Of a stretch of DNA of 64,000 nt, positions 1 to 10,398 are shown in pieces. Each line of letters begins with the position of its first letter. Position 1 is the first letter of the stretch. Source of the stretch: Polyangiales bacterium (GTDB lineage Bacteria; Myxococcota_A; Polyangia; Polyangiales; JADJQN01); contig CAXNJO010000005.1 of NCBI GenBank assembly GCA_964202905.1, positions 128,001 to 192,000 on the forward strand, given 5' to 3'. The notes below the pieces were generated by a model, which saw only the letters and a list, made by a program, of their open reading frames with translations, made no database searches and had not been told where the DNA came from. Made by a program: the position numbers and the translations under genes.

Positions 1-1180
1 GTGGACGCGACGGTGACGGTGATGGTGCCCTCCCCCGCGACCGCATCCGCGGCGTTGAGCAGGAGGTTCAGCGCGACCTGCGTCAGGTGGTCGGCGGCGC
101 CACGCACGCGCGGCGCGTCGGCGTCGAGGCGCTGCTGGATCTCGACGCGGTGCAGGTCCTTCTGCGGCGCGACGAGGCGCACGGCGTCGCCGACGACCTC
201 GCGCAGATCGCACGTGGCGCGCCCGGCGTCCGCGTCCTGCGACTGCCGCGAAAAATCGAGCAGATCCCGGATGATGCGGTGGATCCGCTGCGTCTCCGCG
301 CCGACCCGCGCGAGGAACTCCTGCGCTTCGGCGGGCTCGAGGCCGCCGCCGCGGAGCAGCTCGACGAAGCCGAGGATCGCGGCGAGCGGATTGCCGATCT
401 CGTGCGCGACGCCGGCCGCGAGCCGACCGACCGAGGCGAGCTTCTCGCTGCGCACCAGCCCCTCCTGCGCGGCGCGGAGTTCGCGGGTCGCGCGCTCGAG
501 CTCGACGAGGCGCGCCTCGAGCGCCGCGCGCTCGTCGCGGAGCTGCGCGGCCATGTCGTTGAACGCGACCGCGAGACGCACGACCTCGCTCGCGCCCTCC
601 TCGCTCACCGCCACGTGCGCGCCGCCGCTCGCGAGCCGCTCGGACGCGCGTGTCAGGCGGTCGATGGGGCGCACGACGACGTGGCCGAGCGCGACGTACG
701 TGAAGATCAGCGCGAACCCGCCGATCGTGAGCGCGTAGAGCACGGCGGCGACGCCGAGATTCGTGACGCCCCGCGCGGACCGGCGCACCGCGAGCCGCAC
801 CGCGCCGCCCCCTCGACGGGCACCTCGACGCGCGTCCCGACGTCGAGCGCGCCGTAGCGGCGCCGGGCCCCACGCGCATCGACGAGCTCGACGCCCGCGA
901 CCGCACCGTCACGCACGAGCGTCTCGGCCTCGCGCCCCGCGAGCCGCGCGTCCCCGCGCACGGCGACGGCCATCGCGCGCGCCGCCGCGCCCGCGTCGCG
1001 CAGCCGGTCCTGCCCGCGCGCGCGCTCCGCGAGTCGCACCACCGCGTAGGCCATGAGCGCCGACGAGAGCAGGAACGCGAGCAGCAGCGAGCCACCCACG
1101 AACGTGCGCAGCCCGAAGCGGAAGCCCGGCGGCGTCGACCGCGGCGCGCGCGCGGGCTCAGGGGAGGAGACGCGCGCCAT
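1..1180 (-). CDS. Membrane sensor histidine kinase (TM-TM-HAMP-HisKA-HATPase), runs off the window, one frameshift at ~810
   Basis: N-terminus is ORF 707..1180 (TM FVGGSLLLAFLLSSALMAYAVV). After a shift in the C run at 808-812 the minus strand reads VAAVLYALTIGGFALIFTYV..VVRPIDRL..EVVRLAVAFNDMA (HAMP), EKLASVGRLAAGVAHEIGNPLAAI (H-box), LTQVALNLLLNAADA (N-box). Confidence 0.9.
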
Positions 1181-4100
1181 CGCCGTACGCGTTGAGAGCG
1201 GCGTCGGCGCCTCCCCAGACGATCATCTCGGTGCCCGTCCACACCGCCGTGTGCGCGACGCGCGCGCCCGGCGCGCCGGCGGCCGCGAGCGTCGTCCACG
1301 CTCCTGTGCCCGTGCCCGCGGGGTCGTACGCCGCGCCGTCGCCGACAACGCCCGACGCGCCGAGCCCGCCCCACACGAGCATCCGCGAGCCGCTCCACAC
1401 CGCGGTGTGCCGCGCACGTGCCGCGATGGGCGCGGCCGGCGTGGCCGACCAGCTGTCGGCGGCCGGATCGTAGCGGCCGCCGTCCGCGCGCGGGGTCCCG
1501 GCGATGCCGTCCGGGTCGCCGGAGTCGCCGCCCCAGAACACCACCTGCGAGCCCGTCGAGACCGCGGTGTGCCGGGCGCGCGGCGCAGGGTCGCTGCTCG
1601 TCGAGACGCTCGACCACGCGCTGGTACCCGTGTCGTAGCGCCGGCCGTCGCCGAGGGCCGTGCCGTCCCCGCGCTCGCCGCCCCACACGACCCAGCGCGA
1701 GCCGACCAGCGCGCCCGCATGCCAGCGCCGATCGCTCGGCGCGTTCAGGAACGCGAGGAACGACCAGCTGTTGGACGAGGGGTCGTAGCTGGCCCCGTCG
1801 CCGGTGTCCCCGCCGCTCAACACGGTGCCCACCCAGCCGCCCCAGACGACCATCCGCGAGCCCGTCCACACGGCCGCGTGCCGCGAACGCGCGCTCGGCG
1901 AGAGCAGCGTGGCCGTGGTCGTCCACGTGTTGGTCGCGGGGTTGTAGCGCGCGCCGCTGTCGAGCCAGCCAGAGCCGTTGAAGCCTCCCCATACGATCAT
2001 CTCGCGCCCGTTCCAGACCGCCGTGTGCCCGCGGCGACCGGTCGGCGCGCCCGCGATCGGGAGGGCCGTCCACACGCCGGTCGCCGGGTCGAAGCGCGCG
2101 CCGTCGTTGAGGTACGCCGTCGACGTCTGCCCGCCCCAGACGATCATCTCCGTGCCGGTCCACACCGCCGTGTGCTCGAAGCGCGCGGTCGGTGCGTCCG
2201 TACCCGTGACGGGCGTCCAGCCGCGGCACGTCCCCGCGACGCACGTGCGACCCGCCGCGCAGGCGTTGCCGCAAGCGCCGCAGTGGGCTGTCGAGGTCGC
2301 GAGCGCGGCCTCGCAGCCATTGAACGGGTCGCCGTCGCAGCTGTCGAAGCCCGCCGCGCACACGTAGGCACAGGCCCCGCCCGCGCAGGACGCGCTGCTG
2401 TTGAGGCGCGTGCCGCACGCGCTCCCGCACGCCCCGCAGTGCGCGACCGAGGTGGTGGTGTTCGTCTCGCAGCCGTTGCCCGCGCTGCCGTCGCAGTCAC
2501 CGAGCGGCGCCATGCACGCGAGGGCGCAGGCGCCGCTGACGCACGCCGCCGCAGCCCCCGGCGCCGCGCTGCACACGACGTCGCAGCCGCCGCAGTCCGA
2601 GGGCGCGGTCGCGGTGTTCGTCTCGCAGCCGTTGGCCGCGTCGCCATCGCAATCGGCGAAGGGCGGGGTGCACGCGAAGCCGCACGACCCCGCGACGCAC
2701 GTCGGCGCCGCGTTCGCGCGCGCGGGGCACACGACGCCGCAGCCACCGCAGTGCAGCGCGTCCGACTGCGTGTTCCGCTCGCAGCCGTTGATCGCCGACG
2801 CGTCGCAGTCCGCGAAGGGCGCGGTGCACGAGAAGCCGCACGACCCCGCGAGGCACGTCGGCGACGCGTTCGCGCGCGCGGGGCACATGACGCCGCAGCC
2901 ACCGCAGTGCAGCGCGTCCGACTGCGTGTTCCGCTCGCAGCCGTTGATCGCCGACGCGTCGCAGTCCGCGAAGGGCGCGGTGCACGAGAAGCCACACGAC
3001 CCCGCGAGGCACGTCGGCGCCGCGTTCGTGCGCGCGGGGCACACGACGCCGCAGCCACCGCAGTGCAGCGTGTCCGACTGCGTGTTCCGCTCGCAGCCGT
3101 TCGACGCGACTCCGTCGCAATCGCGCAGGTCCGCGGTGCAGGCGTACGAGCACGCGCCCGAGACGCAGCCCGCGGTCGCGCCGGGCAGGCTCGCGCACGG
3201 CGCGCACGAGCCGCAGTGCAGCGGGTCCGCGGCGGGGCTCACTTCGCAGCCGTTCGCGGGGTTCGCGTCGCAGTCGAGCAGGCCGCCGCTGCAAGCGCGG
3301 GTACACGCGCCGGCGACGCACGTGGCCGTGGTGCCGGGCGTCCCGACGCAGCCGACGCCGCACGCGCCGCAGCTCGCGAGATCGATGGCGAGGTCCGCCT
3401 CGCAGCCGTTGGCGGGATCGCCGTCGCAATCGCCGCGGCCCGCGTCGCACGCGAGTCCGCAGCGCCCACCCGCGCCGCACGTCGCCGTCGCGCTGGGCGC
3501 GCCGGGGCACTCGGTGCCGCAGGCGCCGCAGGTCGCGGGGGCGCCGAGATCGGCCTCGCAGCCGTTGCTCGGATCGCGGTCGCAGTCGTCGGTCCCCGGG
3601 GCGCACACGTAGACGCAGGCGCCGGCGACGCACGAGGCGCTCGCGCCGGCGCGCGCGGCGCACGGCGCGCACGACCCGCAGCGAAGGGGATCGGCGGTCG
3701 TGTTCGACTCGCAGCCGTTCGCCGGATCGCCATCGCAGTCCGAGAGGCCCCCACCGCAGTCGTACGTGCACGCCCCGGCCGTGCAGCGCACCGTCGTGCC
3801 GAAGCGCGTCGGGCACGCGCGCCCGCACCCGCCGCACGTCGTGGGATCGCCGAGCGCGTCGGCTTCGCAGCCGCTCGCGGGGTCGCCGTCGCAATCGAGG
3901 AAGCCCGTGTCGCAGGCGAAGCCGCAGGTGCCCTCCGCGCAGGTCGGCGTGGCGTTCACGACCGCGGCGCAGGGCGCGCACGAGCCGCAGTGCGCGGGGT
4001 CCGTGAGCGGATCGACGCACGCCGCGCCGCATTGCAGCGCGCGGCCGTCGCAGCCCGCGTCGTCGGGGGGCGACGCGTCGTCGGCGTCGGGTGCGGCGTC

Positions 4101-4259
4101 CGCAGGCACGCGCGCGTCGCCGGCGTCTCCGCCCGCGTCGGAGCGCGCGCCCTCGCTACCGAAGCCGGCGCGGTCGACGCTGCACGCCGCGCACGCGAGC
4201 GCGACGCAGAGCACCCACGCAGCGACGACGGTCGGAGCCACACCGGAGCGGGAAGTCAT
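1158..4259 (-). CDS. Cys-rich repeat lipoprotein with C-terminal Kelch beta-propeller
   Basis: Lipobox-like VALACAAC; about a dozen DCDGxxxNGCExxxxxDxxHCGxCxxxC myxobacterial repeats; six Kelch-like repeats (R-x-x-HTAVWTGxEMIVWGG...G.RYDP). Confidence 0.88.
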   Translation of the reverse strand: MTSRSGVAPTVVAAWVLCVALACAACSVDRAGFGSEGARSDAGGDAGDARVPADAAPDADDASPPDDAGCDGRALQCGAACVDPLTDPAHCGSCAPCAAVVNATPTCAEGTCGFACDTGFLDCDGDPASGCEADALGDPTTCGGCGRACPTRFGTTVRCTAGACTYDCGGGLSDCDGDPANGCESNTTADPLRCGSCAPCAARAGASASCVAGACVYVCAPGTDDCDRDPSNGCEADLGAPATCGACGTECPGAPSATATCGAGGRCGLACDAGRGDCDGDPANGCEADLAIDLASCGACGVGCVGTPGTTATCVAGACTRACSGGLLDCDANPANGCEVSPAADPLHCGSCAPCASLPGATAGCVSGACSYACTADLRDCDGVASNGCERNTQSDTLHCGGCGVVCPARTNAAPTCLAGSCGFSCTAPFADCDASAINGCERNTQSDALHCGGCGVMCPARANASPTCLAGSCGFSCTAPFADCDASAINGCERNTQSDALHCGGCGVVCPARANAAPTCVAGSCGFACTPPFADCDGDAANGCETNTATAPSDCGGCDVVCSAAPGAAAACVSGACALACMAPLGDCDGSAGNGCETNTTTSVAHCGACGSACGTRLNSSASCAGGACAYVCAAGFDSCDGDPFNGCEAALATSTAHCGACGNACAAGRTCVAGTCRGWTPVTGTDAPTARFEHTAVWTGTEMIVWGGQTSTAYLNDGARFDPATGVWTALPIAGAPTGRRGHTAVWNGREMIVWGGFNGSGWLDSGARYNPATNTWTTTATLLSPSARSRHAAVWTGSRMVVWGGWVGTVLSGGDTGDGASYDPSSNSWSFLAFLNAPSDRRWHAGALVGSRWVVWGGERGDGTALGDGRRYDTGTSAWSSVSTSSDPAPRARHTAVSTGSQVVFWGGDSGDPDGIAGTPRADGGRYDPAADSWSATPAAPIAARARHTAVWSGSRMLVWGGLGASGVVGDGAAYDPAGTGTGAWTTLAAAGAPGARVAHTAVWTGTEMIVWGGADAALNAYGDGARLLP
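2680..3100. repeat. Near-identical 156-bp (52-aa) coding tandem repeat, about 3 copies
   Basis: gcagccaccgcagtgcagcg recurs at 2739, 2895 and 3051. Confidence 0.85.
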
Positions 4260-4313
4260 GGCGCATCCTAACAAACGCGGGCGCGCGGGCCGAAGATCGC
4301 CGCGCGCCGCGGA

Positions 4314-4728
4314 TTACCCGGCGATCGCGCGGACCGTCGCGGCGTGATCGCGGGGCGCGGACCGCCGGGGGGAGCGGCGGCGGGAGCCCGACGAGGCTCT
4401 CGGCGAGCACGCCCCGCGTCACCGCGTCGAGCCCCTCGAAACGCAGCCCGAGACAACGCCCATGATCGCGGGGCCTGCGCCCCTCGACGATCCGCACGAC
4501 GCGCGCGCTCGCGTCGACGTAGAGCGCACTGCGCGGCGCGCGAAAACTGACGAGCAGCACGTCCCCCACGCGCACGTCCGCGTCGCTCTCGAGCAGCATC
4601 CCGGCGGGGCTCAGATCGAGCGCGCGGCGCCCCACGAGCTGGAACGCGGGCTCGCTCACGGCCTGACAAACGAGGCGGATCTCGCGGCGCAGCGCGCGCC
4701 GCTGCGGGCTCTTCATGACGGACGACAT
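4314..4728 (-). CDS. PilZ-domain protein (probable frameshift in the G run at ~4367-4372)
   Basis: MSSVMKSPQRRALRREIR (RxxxR) ... DLSPAGMLL (DxSxxG) ... ARVVRI ... LGLRF; the alternative frame ends PRDHAATVRAIAG-stop at 4314. Confidence 0.8.
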
Positions 4729-4832
4729 GGGCGCCTCCACGGGGCCGCGCGACACGCACGGCGCGGGCCCCGCCACCGTAGGCGGGCCGTGCGCGCGCGA
4801 CCAAGTAAGCGGCGATCCGGCGCGGCGCGCGG

Positions 4833-5960
4833 CTACCGCGAGAAGGGCATCGCGAGCTCGAGCGCCCCGCCGGGCGGCGCCGGCAGCTCCCAGACGCGCA
4901 CCTGGTTCACGAGGCAAGCGCCGAGCGCGTCGTCGCCGGTGGTGTTGCGCGTCGCGCGCGCGTCCTCGATCGGGCCGGTCGCCGAGATCGTGAAGGCGAC
5001 GACGACGGTGCCGCGGATGCCCTCGTTGTTGCGCGAGGCGTGGTCGAAGCACGACTGCGCGCGCGTCGCGTAGTAGGTGCGGATGTAGCGGCGGACACGC
5101 GTCGCGTAGAGGTCGAGCAGGAGGTCGCGCTCCTCCTCGGCCGCCGCGCCCGGGTCCGCGGCCGTCGCATCGCCGCCCGCGGCCTCGGCGCCCGCAGTCT
5201 CCGCCGCGCCCCCGCCCGCCGTGTCGGGGGCCCCCGCGCCCGCTGCGCCGCTGCCTCCAGCAGCGCCGCACCGACGCGCTGGACGCGCCGCCGACTGCCG
5301 CCAGCGCCGCGGCCGCGCGCGCCGCTGCCTCCAGCGCCGCGCGGCGCCGCCGCTGCCTCCAGCGCCGCCCGCTGCGCCGCTGCCCGCAGCAGCGCCCCCC
5401 GACGCACGACCGCCCCCTGCGCCGCCGCCCGCCAGGGTGCCGGGACGCGCCCGCTCTCCTGCACGAACGGCGCCGGTGCGCTCCACGCGCGCGGGGCCGG
5501 GCGGCGCGACGCCCTCGGGCACCGGCGCGACGTCGTCGACGGCCGTCGGCGTCCCGATCTCCATCGGCGCCGCGATCACGTCGGGCGGCACCTCCGGGGC
5601 GGGCGCACCGCCACGCGACGCGAGCCAGCCGCCGAGCGCGCCGAGCGCGAGCAGCAGCGCCGCGGCCCCCCCGATGACCGCCCACGTGCGGCGCGACGAC
5701 TGCACGCCGATGGACGCGAGCGACACGCTCGACGCGCCGGGATCATCGGCGCCCGGTGCGTAGCCGAAGGGTCCCGCGGCGGGCCCCTGCGCCCCCTGCG
5801 CGCCGCCATCCGCGGCCCCGGACGTCGAACCAGCGGCCGGGCCGCGTGTGCCGGGGCCGCGGATCGTCGTGTTCGCAGACGGCGCCGCGAGGGCGGCGCC
5901 ACACCGGTTGCAGAAGCGGGCGTCCGCGGCGTTCTTCGCGCCGCACGAAGGGCAGAACAT
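4833..5960 (-). CDS. Zinc-ribbon + TM + AgmX/PglI (TonB-C-like) C-terminal domain protein
   Basis: MFCPSCG..FCNRCG zinc ribbon; TM WAVIGGAAALLLALGALGGW; C-terminus CFDHASRNNEGIRGTVVVAFTISATG..LGACLVNQVRVWELPAP..LELAMPF. Confidence 0.8.
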   Translation of the reverse strand: MFCPSCGAKNAADARFCNRCGAALAAPSANTTIRGPGTRGPAAGSTSGAADGGAQGAQGPAAGPFGYAPGADDPGASSVSLASIGVQSSRRTWAVIGGAAALLLALGALGGWLASRGGAPAPEVPPDVIAAPMEIGTPTAVDDVAPVPEGVAPPGPARVERTGAVRAGERARPGTLAGGGAGGGRASGGAAAGSGAAGGAGGSGGAARRWRQRRARPRRWRQSAARPARRCGAAGGSGAAGAGAPDTAGGGAAETAGAEAAGGDATAADPGAAAEEERDLLLDLYATRVRRYIRTYYATRAQSCFDHASRNNEGIRGTVVVAFTISATGPIEDARATRNTTGDDALGACLVNQVRVWELPAPPGGALELAMPFSR

Positions 5961-5983
5961 GCGCGACGATAGCACCCGCGCCG

Positions 5984-6655
5984 TCAGTCCGGCCGGGCGC
6001 GTGGGCCCTCGCGACCCGCGAGGCCCGTCGTCACCGGCGCCGCGATCACGAGCGCCCCGAGCAGGCTCACCTCGTTGCCGACGGCGCGCGCGGCGCCGTC
6101 CGCGTCCGCGTGCACCCAGCGCACGCCGAGCCGCAGCGAGACGCGCGGTGCGCCGAGCACGAGCGGCACCTCGAGGCCGCCCCCCACGACGAGCGCCGCG
6201 CGCGGCCGCGCCTCGACCCCGAGCGCGGCGACGCCGACCTCGAGGCCGAGCGAGTCGATCAACACGTCGAGCCACGCGCTCCCGAGCGAGCGCGCGGTGA
6301 GGAAGCGCGCGAGGAAGAGCGGGCGAATCTCCACGCCGCCGCCGAACTGCCACGCGCGCGTTTCACCAGCAAAATCGTGTACTTGTACGTACGAGAACGG
6401 GCCCACGCTGTCGAGGAAGCGCGCGCGCAGTTCGAACGTCGCGGTGCCGCGCGTCCCCTGCCCCGCCCGCGCGTCGCCGAGGGCGGCCCCTCCCCCGAGC
6501 GCCGCGCCGAGCCACACATCGCCGTCGAAGCGACCGTAGAGCCCATCGCCTCCCCATGCGTCCGCCGCGGCCGGCGCGGGCGCGAGCGCGAGCACGACGA
6601 GCAGGGAGAGCGCGGCGCAGCCTCGCGTCACGGCCGCGAAGCTAGCACGCAGCAT
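5984..6655 (-). CDS. Hypothetical exported protein, possibly beta-stranded outer-membrane type
   Basis: Signal peptide LSLLVVLALAPAPAAA followed by alternating hydrophobic/Gly strands (C-terminal part of ORF 5984..10453). Confidence 0.6.
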   Translation of the reverse strand: MLRASFAAVTRGCAALSLLVVLALAPAPAAADAWGGDGLYGRFDGDVWLGAALGGGAALGDARAGQGTRGTATFELRARFLDSVGPFSYVQVHDFAGETRAWQFGGGVEIRPLFLARFLTARSLGSAWLDVLIDSLGLEVGVAALGVEARPRAALVVGGGLEVPLVLGAPRVSLRLGVRWVHADADGAARAVGNEVSLLGALVIAAPVTTGLAGREGPRARPD

Positions 6656-6675
6656 CGACGCCCCACGCCGCGTGG

Positions 6676-7456
6676 TCAGAGCACGAGCCAGGTGTAGCCC
6701 TGATCGAGCTCCACCGTCCGCGTCTCGCCCTCGGGCGTCTCGATGTCGAGCGCGGTCCCGCGCCCCGCGGCCTGTGAGAGCCGGCTCGCCGCGCGCGGGC
6801 CACCGAGCATCGCCACGCTCTCCGCGCCGATGCGCACGATGCGGTCGCCCACGGCGAGCCCCGCCCGGCCCGGCCGGGGAGTTCGCCTCGAGCGCGAGCA
6901 CCACGAGCGCGTCCGAGCGCTCCTCGACCTCGCGGATGCCGACGCCGCGGTGCGGGCGTGGCGCCTCGACGTGCAGGCGCAGCGTCGCGCCGGCCGCGTC
7001 GAGCGGCAGCACGGACTCTCCGCCGGGTTGCACGCTCGCCGGGAGGCCGCGCGTGCGCAGGATGCCGACGGGATCGGTCGCGACGCCGTCCGCCTCGAAC
7101 ACCTCGAAGCGCACCTCGGCACCCGGCGAGAGGTCGAGGTTCGCGGGCAACTCCGCGTTCCACACGGGGTTCGGCTCGTCGTCGAGCACGCGCGTCTCGA
7201 AGATCGCCGTGTCCCCCCGGAGCACGCGCACGTACACGTCGGGCCCGCTGTCCTCGTCCCAGGGCTGCCCGCTGCGCTGCTCGGGCGGAACCACCGCGCT
7301 CACGATGGTGACGCGCCACACGTTGGCCGGGGCGTCGGTGCTCGTCCCCTCCGCGGGCGAGGCCGGATTCAGCGAGATCACGCGGCGCGGGTAGGCGCAC
7401 GCGGCGAGAGCCCAGAGCGCAAGCCAGGGCAACAGAAAACGCGGGGAGCGGCTCAT
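6676..7456 (-). CDS. Lipoprotein with C2-like and PDZ domains (frameshift at ~6870)
   Basis: Lipobox WALAAC; C2-like WRVTIVSA..WDEDSGPDVYVRV..FETRVLDDEPNPVWN..VRFEVFEAD; PDZ GVGI..LVVLALEANSPA/RAGLAVGDRIVRIG. Confidence 0.75.
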
Positions 7457-7516
7457 GCCGGGACATGGTGGCAAAGCCTTGGGAGCCGCGCCAGATCCGC
7501 GGTACAACCGCAGGCC

Positions 7517-8938
7517 ATGCGCCGCTGCAAGATCGTCTGCACGCTCGGTCCCGCCTCGAACACCCTCGAGCGCATCCGCGAGCTGATCGCCGCCGGCATG
7601 GACTGCGCGCGGCTCAACTTCTCGCACGGCAGCCACGCCGACCACGCCCGCGTCGCGGGCTTCGTGCGCGAGGCGAGCGCGGAGCTCGGGAAGCCGGTCG
7701 CGCTGCTCGCCGACCTCTCCGGCCCGAAGATGCGCGTCGGCCGCTTCCCCGGCGGGCCGATCACGCTCGTGCCGGGCGCGACGTTCACGCTCACCACGCG
7801 CGACGTGCCGGGCGACGCCGACATCGTGTCGGTGACGTACAAGCCGCTGCCGCTCGACGTCGTGCCCACGGACCGCGTCCTGCTCGACGACGGCCTGCTC
7901 ACGCTCGAGGTCGTCGAGGTGAAGGACGACACCGACGTCGTCTGCAAGGTCATCGTCGGCGGCCCCCTCTCCAACAACAAGGGTCTCAACCTCCCCGGCG
8001 CCAAGCTGAGCGCGCCCGCCCTCACGGAGAAGGACGAGGTCGATCTCGAGTTCGCGGTCGGCACGCTCGACGTCGACTACGTCGCGCTCTCCTTCGTGCG
8101 GACGCCCGAGGACGTGCGGCAGGCGCAGCGGCTCGCGCGCGGCAAGCCCGTCATCGCCAAGATCGAGAAGCCCGAGGCCATCGCCTGCCTCGACGAGATC
8201 CTCGACGTCGCGGACGGCGCGATGGTCGCGCGCGGCGACCTCGGCGTGGAGCTCGGCTCCGAGAAGGTGCCGATCATCCAGAAGCGCATCATCCGCGAGG
8301 TCAACCGCCGCGGGAAGATCGTCATCACCGCGACGCAGATGCTCGACTCGATGATCCGCAACCCGACGCCGACGCGCGCCGAGGCCGCCGACGTCGCGAA
8401 CGCGGTGCTCGACCAGACGGACGCGGTGATGCTCAGCGGCGAGACGGCGTCGGGCGTCTACCCGATCGAGTCGGTGAAGATGATGGCAGCCATCATCCTC
8501 GAGGTGGAGTCCGCGTGGCTCGCGGGCGAGGCCGGCGTGCAGACCGAGCGCGCGGTGCTCTCGCCCCAGGACTGGGGCGGCTGGGACTTCGCGAACGCCG
8601 CCGCACGTGCCGCGACGCTCATGGCGGGCGCGCTCCCGCTGAAGGCCATCGTGACCTTCACACGTGATGGTCGGACTGCGCGGCTGCTGAGCGAGTACCG
8701 CCCGCGTGCGCCGATCATCGCCGTCACGCCGAAGCCGCAGGTCGCCTCGCGGCTCGCGCTCGAGTGGGGCGTGTCCGCGCGCGTCGAGGTGCCGCCCGAG
8801 CACTCCGAGGAAGTGCTCCGCATCGCCTGCGCGCTCCTCGTCCGCGAGAAGATCTGCGGGCGCGGCGATTCGTTCGCCATCGTCGCGGGGTGGCCCGCCT
8901 CGGGCGGCTCCAACACCGTGAAGCTGCACCGGCTGTGA
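7517..8938 (+). CDS. pyk: Pyruvate kinase
   Basis: MRRCKIVCTLGPAS, ARLNFSHG, IAKIE, MVARGDLGVE, ATQMLDSMI, DAVMLSGETA. Confidence 0.97.
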   Translation: MRRCKIVCTLGPASNTLERIRELIAAGMDCARLNFSHGSHADHARVAGFVREASAELGKPVALLADLSGPKMRVGRFPGGPITLVPGATFTLTTRDVPGDADIVSVTYKPLPLDVVPTDRVLLDDGLLTLEVVEVKDDTDVVCKVIVGGPLSNNKGLNLPGAKLSAPALTEKDEVDLEFAVGTLDVDYVALSFVRTPEDVRQAQRLARGKPVIAKIEKPEAIACLDEILDVADGAMVARGDLGVELGSEKVPIIQKRIIREVNRRGKIVITATQMLDSMIRNPTPTRAEAADVANAVLDQTDAVMLSGETASGVYPIESVKMMAAIILEVESAWLAGEAGVQTERAVLSPQDWGGWDFANAAARAATLMAGALPLKAIVTFTRDGRTARLLSEYRPRAPIIAVTPKPQVASRLALEWGVSARVEVPPEHSEEVLRIACALLVREKICGRGDSFAIVAGWPASGGSNTVKLHRL

Positions 8939-9010
8939 CGCGGCGCGCGATCCACGAAGCGCACGGCCCCACGGGCCGCGGCGCGCGGGCGGACGGCTGA
9001 GCACGCCGGC

Positions 9011-10384
9011 ATGAGCGTCGACGTCCCGCAGCGCATCGGGCGCTACACCATCGATCGCCTGATCGGGTCGGGCGCGATGGGCAACGTCTTCCTCGGGCGC
9101 GACCCCGAGCTCGACCGCGCCGTCGCGGTCAAGACGGTGCGCACGCGCGACCTCGCCCCCGAGGCGCGCCAGCTCTACCTCGATCGCTTCAAGAACGAGG
9201 CGCGCGCCGCTGCGCGGCTGCACCACCCGCACATCGTCGCCGTGTACGACGTGGGCGAGGACGCCGACGTTGGGCCGTATCTCGTGCTCGAGTACGTCGC
9301 GGGCTCCAGCCTCAAGCAGCTGCTCGGCGGGCGCGGGCCGCTCGACCCGGTGGCCTGCGTCGCGCTCGCGGAGCAGATCGGCCGCGCGATCGACACCGCG
9401 CATGCGTCGGGGATCATCCACCGCGACATCAAGCCCGACAACCTGCTCGTCACGCCGGAGGGCCGCACGAAGCTCGCGGACTTCGGCGTCGCGCGCGTCC
9501 CCGACGCGGCGCTCACGCGCGAAGGGCAGTTCCTCGGCACGCCCTGCTACGCGTCGCCCGAGACGCTGCGCACGGGCGAGTACGGGCCGCACACCGACCT
9601 GTTCTCCTTCGCGGCGGTGCTCTACGAGGCCGTGAGCGGCGCGCGCGCCTTCCCCGGCGACGAGGCCGTCGCCGTCGCGCACAAGGTCCTGCACGACGAC
9701 CCGCCCGCCCCGAGCACCGTCGCCCGCGCCGGCGCGACCGTGCCGCCCGCGGTCGACGCCCTCATCCTGCGCGCGCTCTCGAAGGACGCCGCGCGCCGCC
9801 CCGGCACCGCGACCGACCTCGCCCGCGGCCTGCGCGCCGCGTACGCCGGCGCCGTCGACCCCCCTGCGCCGGGGACCGAGAGCACCCTCGATCAGGCGCT
9901 CGCCCCGTCGCCGCAGGGAGCGCGGAGCAGCACCGCGATCTTCCTCGCCGTGATCGCCATCGGGCTCATCGGCAGCGTGGGGCTCGTGCTCTGGCTCGGC
10001 AGCGAAGAACCGCTGCCGCCGGTCCCGCCCACGGCCGCGGACGCCGGCGCTGACACCCGCGCGGCGAGCGACGCCGACACCGTGCTCGCCGCGGCGACGG
10101 ACGCGGGCCCGGACCTCGGCCCCGAGGACGCAGGCTTCGACGCGGGCGCTGCGGACGCAGGCCTCGACGCGGGCATGGAGCCCATCGACGCGGGCGCGCC
10201 GCCGACGCTCACGGCACGGCAGCGCGAAGAGGGCGCGAAGGACCTCGTCGAACACGCGCGCGACCTGCTCACGACGGGCGATCTCGCCGGCGCGACGCAG
10301 GCCGTCGAGGAGGCGCGGCGCCTCGACCCGGGCAACAGCGACCTCGATGCAGTCGCGACCGCCATCGCGGCCGCCCGCCCCTGA
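9011..10384 (+). CDS. Membrane Ser/Thr protein kinase with C-terminal TPR-like helices
   Basis: GSGAMG, VAVK, HRDIKPDN, DFG, GTPCYASPE; TM IFLAVIAIGLIGSVGLVLWL. Confidence 0.93.
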   Translation: MSVDVPQRIGRYTIDRLIGSGAMGNVFLGRDPELDRAVAVKTVRTRDLAPEARQLYLDRFKNEARAAARLHHPHIVAVYDVGEDADVGPYLVLEYVAGSSLKQLLGGRGPLDPVACVALAEQIGRAIDTAHASGIIHRDIKPDNLLVTPEGRTKLADFGVARVPDAALTREGQFLGTPCYASPETLRTGEYGPHTDLFSFAAVLYEAVSGARAFPGDEAVAVAHKVLHDDPPAPSTVARAGATVPPAVDALILRALSKDAARRPGTATDLARGLRAAYAGAVDPPAPGTESTLDQALAPSPQGARSSTAIFLAVIAIGLIGSVGLVLWLGSEEPLPPVPPTAADAGADTRAASDADTVLAAATDAGPDLGPEDAGFDAGAADAGLDAGMEPIDAGAPPTLTARQREEGAKDLVEHARDLLTTGDLAGATQAVEEARRLDPGNSDLDAVATAIAAARP

Positions 10385-10398
10385 GCGCAGCACGCCGC

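Noticed and set aside
5230..5400. Arg-rich stretch inside the zinc-ribbon/TonB-C protein
   Set aside because: Lies in a Gly/Ala/Ser low-complexity repeat (cgccgctgcctccagc x3); probably compensating indels rather than a real motif.
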